Of a DNA stretch of 64,000 nt, positions 25,990 to 37,527 are shown in pieces (the first letter of the stretch is position 1; each line of letters opens with the position of its first letter). A program made the translations under genes and the position numbers. The stretch is taken from NCBI GenBank assembly GCA_965153455.1, contig OZ234493.1:17288213-17352212 (forward strand), read 5' to 3'. The notes under the pieces are model-generated. The model did no database searches. It was given only the letters and a program-made list of their open reading frames with translations, and had not been told where the DNA came from. The stretch comes from Sphagnum compactum. Its lineage: Eukaryota.

Positions 25990-28276
25990 TTTTGTGCACG
26001 GTTAGAGGGTTTGAGACAAGGGGGATGACGTAATCTTTGGAGTAAAGTTATAATAAGGGGGGGCGGAAGGGGGAAGGGAGAATAACAAGGAAAGACATAA
26101 AAGGAATTGACAGAAAGGGGTGAAAAGTAAAAAAGTATAACATAAAGGTAAGAGAAGTAAAAAGGTTTAGCAAAATTTGGAGAGAGCGGGAAATTATGTA
26201 AAGGATGGGCAAGAGCGAAAAGGTTTAAGAGAAGTGAGGCAAAGGGAAGCGTAAAGGTTAGGAAAGGTAAAAGCGATGCGGGAGAATATTTGAGCGATAA
26301 AAATGCGAAACGATAAATATAGAAAGAATATGGCGAGAGAAAAGTTATAAGGTAGTTTTGCATAAGGAGGGGAGAAAGCAAAAGGATTTGCATAGAGGAG
26401 GATAGAGCAAATAAGCTTAGCACGGGGGTAAAGCATAGTAGTGACATACGAAATAGGAGTATTTTTCGAAGGTGCTGAAAAAGAAGTATTTTCAAGTATT
26501 TTTAAAAAAACATTATAAAAATACAAAGGCTTGAAAATTGACCTTTGTATCAAGTATTTTCAAGTATTAAAAAAAAAGCCCAAAAAAACGTAAAATACGC
26601 GTATGTTTGAATCGAACTGAGAGTATGTCACTACTAGGGGGTAAAGCGCGGTAAAGCGAGAAAAAGCCCGGTAAAACGCGGTAAGCGGGAGGAAGCAACG
26701 TAAAGCGATGTAAAGGGGAGAAAGCGGATAAAGCGCGATAAGCGAGAGAAAGCGGGGTAAAGAGCGGTAAGCGAGAGAAAGCGCGTTAAAGCGTGGTAAG
26801 TGAGAGAAAGCAGGGTAAGCGCGATAAGCAAGATAAAGCCCAAGAAGCAAGGGAAAGCGGCGTAAAGCGTAGTAAGCGGGAGAAAGCGAGGTAAAGCGGA
26901 ATAAGTGGGAGAAAGCGCCATAAAGCGGAATAACTGGGAGAAAGCGGGAGAAAGCGCGATAAAATGACATAAAGCGCAATAAGCGGGAGAAAGCGGGGTA
27001 AAGCGCGATAAGTAGGAAAAAGCCTATCTTAGTAATCGGAGCATTACGAGTGTAATGCCGGGGGCTGGGGGCTGTTTGACCAGAGAAAATACACAGGAGT
27101 GCCGGGCTGTTTTCGCGCGATGCCGGGCTGTTTTTGTTGACTTTTTTCACTTTTAGTTACTTTTAGTTACTTTTTTTACTGGTCGTAAGTTTTGTAAGTT
27201 ACTTTTTACTGGTGAAAGGGGTAAGTTTTGTTACTTTTTTTACTACTCGTAAGTTTTAGGAAATTACTTTTTACTGTGGAGAAGGGGCAGGGTTTATATT
27301 GGGTTGATTGTGCGAGGGGGGGTTTAGGGGTGCACCTTGATGCATTTTTTTAATTTTTTTTTTTACTGTTGAGGGGGAGGGGGGAAATGGGTACCCCTAG
27401 ATATATGGGTTTAGGGTGGAAGGAGGACGGGGATATGGGTACACTTAAGGTCCCTTTTTAAGATATATATTTGTTGTGTTTGGATGGATGACGGGCAGAT
27501 GAGAAGATGGATGACGCGACGGACGGATGGATGGAAAGCTTCATCTCGTCCACGACGTCGTTTACTATATAAGAATATAAGATCCCCATTTCTTTATCTT
27601 TTTTTTGTTTCAGTCTTTCTTTCTTTGTGTTTTTTGCATTCCTTTTCTTTTTCAATTTTTTTTCAAAAAGGTTTTCTAAATAATAATTAGAAAGTGAAAT
27701 TTCATTTCCACAGAACGAAAAAGATCAGTAATATTTTTTTTGATGATTCATTTTTTCCTTTTTATTTATTTATTTATTTTTCATTTTTCAATTTCTCAGG
27801 CTATTTTGTTTTATTTTCGAATAGCCTTGTTCTTCAATAATAACCACAAAATGAGAAATAATTTATGAAGCGTAAGTGTTTTTTTATCGTTGTTTTTATC
27901 TCTCCGCAAATTTGAACGCAGGCTTGCAAGGTTCATGCCCACCGCAACGATCACAGCACACACGATAGGAAGGCCGAGAATACGACTTGAAGCAGCCAGG
28001 GTTCCGGCTGTACTAAGCCAGGGGTGCGACGAGAACAAAGACGATAAGAAAGGAAAAACAAAACTCGATGGATCGAGCCCAGGGTAAAGAGCCCAAGGAA
28101 CTCGTGCATGATTTCGGTAGTGCGCTACTTCTTCCTCGGTGTTATGCGAGCCCAAGAGTTCAGCCACTGGACTGCCTAAACAAACATCAACGGAGATAAG
28201 CAACGAGAAGTAGTTCGAGTCAATGCCAGTCACATTCAGTTTGCGAGGAATGACTCGAGGTCATCGGTTTGATCCT
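25990..28276. repeat. Segmental duplicate of ~4940-8256, with a shorter minisatellite (26640-27020)
   Basis: 27020-28276 is near-identical to 7000-8256. 25990-26430 is a diverged copy of 4940-5350. Confidence 0.85.
27029..27582 (-). mobile_element. Non-autonomous Helitron-like element (copy of 7007-7561)
   Basis: Same A|TC 5' end and hairpin + CTAA 3' end. Confidence 0.6.
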
Positions 28277-29229
28277 CTCTCCATCAGACTCAGCTAAGTT
28301 TCACAGATTATCCCTAGGATTTTAAGTTTCCCAGGGTACGCAACCTTCATTCATTTTAGACACGACTGCATGTTTGTTTCTTCGACGAATCATGTTGCAC
28401 TCGATTGATCACCGTCGCGCAATGCAGATTGCAGCTGTCTACTAACAAGATGTATTGTATTAGGGTTCAAACGACACAATTGCAAATAGGACGTTCCACA
28501 GTAAGTCTATGTCGTATTCACCGTGGAACTTATGGCGTCGTAAACGTGTTATGGGCACATCGCAGCAAAAGCATCCGTAAATTGCCCAGGGCGCACCGTG
28601 GATTGCAAGACATATGACATCGCAACAACATGTAGGGAAAAACTTTGTGTCCGTATCTCAGGTTTAACGAACGATAATCAATACCGAGGGTTACATCATC
28701 CATAAACAGTGCTATCCGTCGGAGAATGTTTCCACTGACCCAATTCACAAGGCGCACCCTAAAACCCGGTCGAACAGAAGCACGACTCATGTTATGGAAT
28801 TACAAAACTTCATGCAGGCAACGTCGGGCACCTAGAGCCTCCGCGACGGTTTAGAACACCTTGGTTCAAACCTCCGCCGCAATTCCCCATGATTGCAAGC
28901 CACATGGTTCACGCACCAACTACCACTTCGTCCAAAATTGAAATTTGGTCTAACTCACAAAGTTTTAACATCTGCGTAGAACATTGCACGATAAAAAAGA
29001 ACATTGCATTTCTTCTGCAGCAAGCTCCAGATATCTGAGGAACATGTGAAGAAACATGCCGACGAATTGAAGTTCCAAAACATCGATCCGATGACTACTT
29101 TGTCTACTCAGACAAATGTCCTATCTTAGTAATCAAGACTTTCGCTCTCGATATGGATACCGTTGCCTGTAACGAATTCAACATCGTCCCAAGTACATGA
29201 TTTCTGATTTATCCTAGGTTTACTGCCAG

Positions 29230-31255
29230 ATCCACCGACTTTGCCAGCTTATGAGCTTCATCACGAATCAATCATGCGACAAAATTTGTTCAGAAGGAAC
29301 CAGTCAGCATAGAGTACGTCACCCATTCGTTAGTCATTTAGACCGACCGACCATCAATTGGTGAAAATATTGCGTGTGAGTCGCAAGGAGCAAACCTTCC
29401 TAAGGGGGTGCAAGGAAGGAGAATGAATCGAACGCCGAACGACCGCCATAGACGTAACACGGGTGGCAACTCTATTGCAATTCATTGAAACCGTGGGACA
29501 CCCCGGAATTGACCCATGAGGAAGTGTTTCCAAGTCCTATACATACGATGATGAGGCAAGATGCGTTGCATTCGGCTGGTCTAGAGCAAAATCTGGTTTG
29601 GAAGTCTTTCGAGCCAAATTTGTTCTTCAGAACGTGAGGATATCCAATTTTGCAACCGACCGACGTAACTGCCACAAGAATGAGGTCAACATCAGCGGAT
29701 GCTTGTGCATGAAACAACATTGAACGGATGCTCAAATGCATCACCGTAGCTCCTATAAGCGCAGTGGTTAGTGCTGTGCAGACTAGGAGGGCTTCCTCAC
29801 AGTGAAGCTCGGAACCACGGGAAAACTCGAAGACGAAGGTGTAGTCCATGCGAGCACGCTTCCGCATGTACAGGTTCCATCCATACATGTACATATGGAT
29901 GAGCACCAGCGCCACCGAGCTGTGCACCCATCAGACCGCGCACGCCAGAGGAGAGGAACGTTCGGACTATCTATCAGCGTCCACCTTCGAAAGGAAAGCT
30001 ACAAATTGCCTTCCTAAACAAAACATTTGGTGATTGTCCCTGAGTGAATTGGTCGGTAGAGAGGATAAATCAACGCGAGTAAGGGAATAAGATAGTGCCT
30101 GAAAGTTAAGAAAATGGTCCGCAAACAAGTCAAATATTTTATCTTTCCGTAATCCCCACCTAGTTGTAGTATGCCGCCAAATTAAATGCTAAGATCAGTA
30201 TCGATGAACGCCCGGTGGAAAACCCTGCGCAAGAGCAAGATGGAACCAGAATTTAGGACTCACAATTGTACACCAGAAATCTACGGCGCATCTCAATGAG
30301 CTTCAAATTTCCCGTAAGTAATACGATCGCAACACAACATTAGAGGCTCTGATGCTTCTCGCCTTATGAATGTATCAACCCCTTTTGCACCGACAACAAC
30401 AATTTATGCACTGGGATTTGGCTCTTTAAGGTGAAAGGGATGCCTCCATACAAAACCACTAAAAATGCAAACCCATGTTCGATGATGGTAATCATTTTTA
30501 TCATACCCGGTAAATACGTCGGACTGTGAGGGGCTATTCGGTGAATTAGTCTCGGTGCTGCCATGGCCTGTTGCTGATTACCGGACGTGAAACGCTCTGC
30601 AAATGTGACCTCTGCCTTCCCCGTAAGTTGACTTACCCGCCATATCCATGCACAATTGGGTACTTTCAGAAATCCACATTTTTCCTAGTTCATATAACAT
30701 ACAGGTTTCAAATCTTCTTCCTGGCCGTTGACTAATTAAGACCGGTCCTTCTATCAGCTGTCTCGGTAGTTGCAGAAATGACCTTGCAGATCATGAACAA
30801 GGGTCGTCAACCTTCTCGGAGGAATTGATGTGAGCACAATCCACATGATGCACATAGCTCAGAGCTATAAACGAATCCAACGACCTGCACCAACCCCCAG
30901 CAATTGTTGTACGAAAAGAGCACCCGACCACTCCAAAGTAGTCGAAACACTCACTCATAACTGAGAAACAAATCTCGTTGTAACTATTGTGAACAAAAGT
31001 CCTGAAAAACACATCGTCCATTCCGAGAAACTCGTCCTCCCAGGCTCGCAGCACGAGAAGAAAACTCCAAGAAAGACAAGCAGTCAGCTGAAATGTAGAC
31101 ACTATGCATGCTCCGAATACTCAAAACCTATCTCTGTTTGTGTTGCCAAAGCAAGGTGTCCAGAACTTCGGTCGAAGTTGGAGGAGGATAAACGGTGACT
31201 TTCTGAAACTGTTCTGCTTTCAATACGATTATGATATCCAAGATATGAGATCAAT
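29230..31255 (-). pseudogene. PHO1: PHO1-family pseudogene, copy 3 (more diverged, interrupted by the 336-bp array)
   Basis: VALVLIHMYMYGWNLYMRKRARMDYTFVFEFSRGSEL. Collinear with 22500-24070. Confidence 0.75.
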
Positions 31256-31289
31256 GTAAACCCTGGGAGAAGTCAAACAACCTTCTCCG

Positions 31290-34200
31290 AGTCCGATATC
31301 CGAATCCGGGTTCAAAACAAGATCCGCAGCTCCAACCCGAACCAAATTTACTCTTGAGTCTCGAAGCATAACTTGAGCCAAACTCAGTGTTGGTTCTAGA
31401 AGCAGAAGTGAAAGGCCGGAGCTTTTGAAAAAACAAAAGTAGTATGGACAAATATACCATAACCTCTCCGAAAAGAATGTCCACAAATAGCTATACAAAA
31501 TCCTCATCCAGCATTTCTCCTGCATTATTCTGGCAGCAATCTGAAGACTCAATAAAGATGTTCACAAGCACTCATGATGCATTAGCGAATCCAAATCATC
31601 CGTAGAGTCCCCATTCAAGCTGCAGTCTGATATCCAAATCCGGGTTGAAAACAAGATCCGCAACTGCAACCCGAACCAAACTTATTCTTGCGTTTAGAAG
31701 TAGAACTCGAACAAAACTTAATGTTCATTCTAGAAGCAGAAGGAAAAAGGCCGGAGCTTTCGAAAAAACAAATGTAGTATGGACAAGTGTACCATAATCT
31801 CTTCACAAAAAATGTCCACAAACAGCTTTACAAAATCTGCACCCTGCATTTCTCTTGCATTATTCTGGCAGCAATCCGAAGACTCAATAAAGATGTTGAC
31901 AAGCACTCATGATACATTACCCAATCCGAAACATCACTAGTGTCCTCATTCAAGCTGCAGTCTGATATCCGAGTCCGGGTTCCAAACAAGATCCGCAACT
32001 GCAACCCGAACCGAACTTAGTCTTGAGTCTAGAGGCAGAACTCGAACCAAACTCAGTGTCGGTGGTAGAAGCAGAAGTCAAAGGCCGGAGCTTTTGAAAA
32101 AACAAATGTAGTATGGACAAGTATACCATAATCTCTCCACAAAAAAATGTGCAGAGACAGCTCTACAAAATCTGCATCCTGCATTTCTCTTGCATTATTC
32201 TGGCAGCAATCTTAAGACTCAATAAAGATGTTGACGAGCACTCATGATACATCAGCGAATCCAAAACATCAGTAGTGTCCTCATTCGAGCTGCAGTCTGA
32301 TATCCGAATCTGGGTTCGAAATAAGATTCGCAGCTGCAACCCGAACCAAATTTACTCTTGAGTCTCGAAGCATAACTGGAGCCAAACTCAGTGTTGGTTC
32401 TAGAAGCAGAAGTGAAAGGCCGGAGCTTTTGAAAAATCAAAAGTAGTACGGACAAGTATACCATAATCTCTCCGCAAAAAATGTCCACAGACATCTCTAC
32501 AAAATCTACATCCTACATTAATTCTCTTGCATTATTCTGGCAGCAATCTGAAGACTCAATAAAGATGTTCACAAGCACTCATGATACATTAGCGAATCCA
32601 AATCATCCGTAGAGTCCCCATTCAAGCTGCAGTCTGATATCCGAATCTGGGTTCCAAACAAGATCCGCAGCTGCAACCTGAACCCAACTTAGTCTTGAGT
32701 CTAGAAGCAGAACTCGAACCAGACTGAGTGTTGGTTCTAGAAGTAGAAGTAAAAGGCCGGAGCTTTTCGAAAAACAAAAGTAGTATGGAAAAAGGGCACC
32801 ATAATCTCTCCACAAAAAAATGTCCACAAACAACTATACAAAATCTCCATCCTGCATTAATTCTCTTGCATTATTCTGGCAGCAATCTGAACACTCAATA
32901 AAGATGTTGACAAGCACTCATGATACACTAGCCAATCCGAAACATCACGAGGGTCCTCATTCAAGCTGCAGTCTGATATGCAAATCCGGGTTCAAAACAA
33001 GATTCGCAGCTACAACCCGAACCCAACATAGTCTTGAGTCTAGAGGCAGAACTCGAACCAAACTCAGTGTTGGTGGTAGAAGCAGAAGTCAAAGGCCGGA
33101 GCTTTTGAAAAAACAAATGTAGTATGGACAAGTATACCATAATCTCTCCACAAAAAATGTCCACAAACAGCTATACAAAATCTGGATCCTGCATTTCTCT
33201 TGCATTATTCTGGCAGCAACCTGAGACTCTATAAAGATGTTGACAAGCACTCATGATACATTAACCAATCCAAAACATCACTAGGGTCCTCATTCGAGCT
33301 GCAGTCTGATATCCGAATCTGGGTTCCAAACAAGATCCGCATCTGCAACGCGAATCGAACTTAGTCTTGAGTCTAGAAGGAGAACTCGAACCAGACTGAG
33401 TGTTGGTTCTAGAAGCAGAAGTAAAAGGCCGGAGCTTTTGAAAAAACAAAAGTAGTATGAAAAAAGTACACCATAATCTCTCCACAAAAAATGTCCACAA
33501 ACAACTATACAAAATCTGCACCCTGCATTAATTCTCTTGCATTATTCTCGCAGCAATCTGAAGACTCAATAAAGATGTTGACAAGCACTCATGATACATT
33601 AGCCAATCCGAAACATCACGAGGGTCCTCATTCAAGCTGCAGTCTGGTATCCAAATCCGGGTTCCAAACAAGATCCGCAGCTGCAACGCGAACCAAACTT
33701 AGTCTTGAATCTAAAGGCAGAACTCGAACCAAACTTAGCGTTGGTTCTAGAAGCAGAAGTCAGAAGGCCAGAGCTTTTGAAAAAACAAATGTAGTATGGA
33801 CAAGTATACCATAACCTCTCCACAAAAAATGTCCACAAACAGCTATACAAAATCTGCATCCTGCATTTCTCTTGCATTATTCTGGCAGCAACCTGAGACT
33901 CAATAAAGATGTTGACAAGCATTCATGATACATTAGCCAATCCAAAAAATCACTAGGGTCCTCATTCGAGCTGCAGTCTGATATCCGAATCCGGGTTCCC
34001 AACAAGATCCGCAGCTGCAACCCAAACCAAACTTAGTCCTGAGCCTAGAGGTAGAACTCGAACCAGACTCAGTGTTGGTTCCAGAAGCAGAAGTAGAAGG
34101 CCGGAGCTTTTGAAAAAACAAAAGTAGTATGGAAAAGTACACCATAATCTCTCCACAAATAATGTCCACAAACAACTGTACAAAATGTGCACCCTGCATG

Positions 34201-35188
34201 AATTCTCTTACATTATTCTCGCAGCAATCTGAAGACTCAATAAAGATGTCGACAAGCACTCATGATACATTAGCCAATCCGAAACATCACTAGGGTCCTC
34301 ATTCAAGCTGCAGTCTGGTATCCAAATCCGGGTTCCAAACAAGATTCGCAGCTGCAACCCGAACCAAACTTAGTCTTGAGTCTAGAGGCAAAACTCGAAC
34401 CAAACTGAGTGTTGGTTCTAGAAGCAGAAGTAAAAGGCCGGAGCTTTTGAAAAAACAAAAGTAATATGGACAAGTATACCATAATCTCTCCACAAAAAAT
34501 GTCCAGGAACAACTATACAAAATCTGCATCCAGCATCCAGCATTTCTCTTGCATTATTCTGGCAGCAATCCGAAGACTCAATAAAGATGTTGACAAGCAC
34601 TCATGATACATTAGCTAATCCAAAACATCGGTAGTGTCCTCATTCGAGCTGCAGTCTGATATCCGAATCCGGGTTCCCAACAAGATCCGCAGCTGCAACC
34701 CGAACCGAACTCAGTCTTGAGTCTAGAGGCAGAACTCAAACGAAACTCAGTGTTGGTGCTAGAAGCAAAAGTCAAAGGCCGGTGCTTTTGAAAAAACAAA
34801 AGTAGTACGGACAAGTATACCATAATCTCTCCGCAAAAAATGTCCACAGACAGCTCTACAAAATCTGCATCCTACATTAATTCTCTTGCATTATTCTGGC
34901 AGCAATCTGAGACTCAATAAACATGTTGACAAGCACTCATGATACATCAGCGAATCCAAAACATCACTAGGGTCCTCATTCGAGCTGCAGTCTGATATCG
35001 GAATCCGGGTTCCAAACAAGGTTTGCAGCTACAACCCGAACCAAACTTAGTCTTGACTCTAGAGGCAAAACTCGAACCAAACTTAGTGTTGGTTCTAGAA
35101 GCAGAAGTAAAAGACCGGAGCTTGTGAAAAAACAAAAGTAGTATGGACAAGTATATCATAATCTCTCCACAAAAAATGTCCACAAACG
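31290..35188. repeat. Subtelomeric tandem array, ~336-bp unit, ~11.6 copies
   Basis: GATATCC(G/A)AATCCGGGTT recurs near 31295, 31628, 31963, 32298, 32635, 32974, 33307, 33645, 33979, 34316, 34656 and 34993. Each unit has an internal 36-bp dimer. Confidence 0.95.
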
Positions 35189-35210
35189 TTCGGTTCGACG
35201 AAGGAGGAAT

Positions 35211-35345
35211 CCTTGCCGGTATGGCAACTGAAGGGACCGCACACATCGCAGGAGTAAGTCGTGTTGGCTGGGGCCGGAGAAATTAGATCACCAGTCGCAT
35301 CTTCTTGGTGCATCGATTCAGAGATTGCCCAGCCTACCATTTGAC
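35211..35345 (+). pseudogene. murA: Second, more decayed MurA C-terminal fragment
   Basis: LAGMATEGTAHIAGVSRVG...EKLDHQSHLLGASIQRLP. DNA is similar to 4797-4931. Confidence 0.65.
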
Positions 35346-35459
35346 CTGACGACGTGGTACTTTCACCTTAAACGAGAACTTTGATTCGTTGCTGGCTCTT
35401 TCCCACCTCGGTGAAATGTGAATGTTTATGTGAGTCGCTCCCTCGAACGTCCAGTTTCA

Positions 35460-37155
35460 ATAGAAAATGACACGTCGAAGTCAATTTCCACCTTTTTGAA
35501 TCAATAGGCTCCTTAAAGGAACGCACTTCAGACAATACTGCTGCTGGTCGTGAAGCCAGCTCATCTTGGGTCCGTACGGTCTACTAATCCTTCGAGAATT
35601 CTGTGAGGCCATCCTATCACAAGTCGAAATTGAAGTTGCATGAGCATTCGTGATCACAACACGAATGACATAACCGGTAATGCCCTTTACAGTGCCAGTT
35701 ATTCTTGTAACATTGACCAGCTTTTTTGAACAGTCAAGCTTGGAGTGCAGATAGAACCTGGAGGTATCGATCTGTAATGAATTGAGGTGAAGTGGAAGTT
35801 TAGCAAACTAGGAGATCGCAAGATATGAGAAAACTTTCGGAACAGAGTAATAGAAGCATCTTCAATTCACTAAGAAAACTCCAGGTACGAAGTGGATGAA
35901 GAAGCTGATACAGTCGTGTAGTTTGCATTTCTTGGTACACGAAAACAAAGTAAAGGGTGCATGCTCTGTGGCGAAAAAAATGTGTCTTGCAATTCAAGTG
36001 CAATCCACTATTTTTTCGGTCTTGCAGCAGAATCTAGCATCCATTGGCGACAACTATACAAATTGTAGATTTTAGGGAAGCAACCTTCAATATTTCCGGT
36101 GGATGTTTTTCAAATTTCTTTTGGAAAATGGCCAATAGAACCTCAGGAGAGACAAGATTTGTACAACACCATTGTTAAGAGAAAAAAACGATCTCTTCGA
36201 ATACACTACTTGAAGGGTGAGCTGATTCCTCTGTCAATCGGGTTTAGGGTCTTAAGGTCGTCAGCTTTGTACTCGCCACTAAAAAATGACATGTTGAAGT
36301 CAATTTCAACCTTTTTGAATCAATAGGCTCCTTCAAGGAACGCACCTCAGACAATGCTGCCGCTGGTCGTGAAGCCAGCTCATCTTTTTGCTGTACGATT
36401 TACTAATTCTTCCAGAATTCTGTGAGGCTATCCTATCACAAGTCAAAATGGAGGTTGCATGAGCATTCGTGGTCACAACACGGTTGTGACATTCTGCGTA
36501 GTTAAGAATAACATAACCGGTAACGCCCGTTACAGTGCCAGTTATTCTGGTAACACTGACCAGCCTTTTTTGAACAGTCAAGTTTGGAGTGCAGATAGAA
36601 CTTGGAGATATCGATCTGTAACGAATTGAGGTGAAGGGGAAGTTTAGCAAACTAGGAGATCGCAAGATATGAGAAAACTCTCGGAATGGAGTCACCGAAG
36701 CATCTACAATTCACTAAGAGAGCTCCAGGTACGAAGTGGATGCAGAAGCTGATACAGTTGTGTAGTTTGCATTTCCTGGTACATGAAAGCAAAGTAGAAG
36801 GTGCATGCTTTGTGGCAAAAAAAATGTGTCTGCAAAATTCAAGTGCAATCCACTGTTTTTCGGTCCTGCAGCTGCGGCATCGTCGGTGAGCATTCCCAAA
36901 AGAATCCAACATGCATTGGCGACAACTCTACAAATTGCAGATTTTAGGGAGGCAACCTTCTATATTTTTGGTGAATGTTTTCAAATTTCTTTTGGAAAAT
37001 GGCCAAAAGAACCTCAGGAGAGAATCCACACGATTTGTACAACATCATTGTTAAGAAAAAGATGATCTTTGAATGCACTCCCTGAATGGTGAGCCGATTC
37101 CTCTGTCAATCGGAAGGTTCTCCGGGTCGTCAGCTTTTTACTCGCCAATAGAAAA
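35460..37155. repeat. Direct tandem duplication of ~820-870 bp, possibly a decayed LRR exon
   Basis: 35463 AAAATGACACGTCGAAGTCAATTT is repeated at 36284. The copies are collinear to 36280 and 37155. Confidence 0.85.
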
Positions 37156-37159
37156 TGAG

Positions 37160-37345
37160 ACATTAGGTATGTACAACAATTGAACGTCAAATATTATTGG
37201 AGTGCTGGGTGCTACTCTTAGTCTTCCGGTTGCAGCAGCCAGTCCAGGTTGGGAAATGCTAGCTGCCATATCAACAATGATCTCGTCATTAGTGCATAAC
37301 CAACAGATATCCACATATTGTAATCCAATTCCCTTCGATTTTTTT
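37160..37345 (-). pseudogene. FKBP-type PPIase fragment (chloroplast FKBP16-like), internally deleted
   Basis: GLQYVDI...GLAAATGRLRVAPSTPIIFDVQLLYIP resembles FKBP GLQYxDI and the C-terminal PRVPPNSPVIFDVxLxYIP. Confidence 0.55.
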
Positions 37346-37527
37346 AATCCGACCTTCTGAGAAGCTCTCGACGTTGTCGCAACCCCACCCAATTTATAGA
37401 CTCTGACGGTTGAACGCTCGTCGACTTCCCGCCGGTGCGCACGAAGCAAGATGTCGACAGCAACCGAAGGAGGCACGAACAATATGCCCGAAGGAGGCTA
37501 CCCGTCATCGGACTTACGATTGCAATC

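Noticed and set aside
31290-35188. CRISPR-like or coding array
   Set aside because: No unique spacers, eukaryotic context, and the frame is not kept between units.
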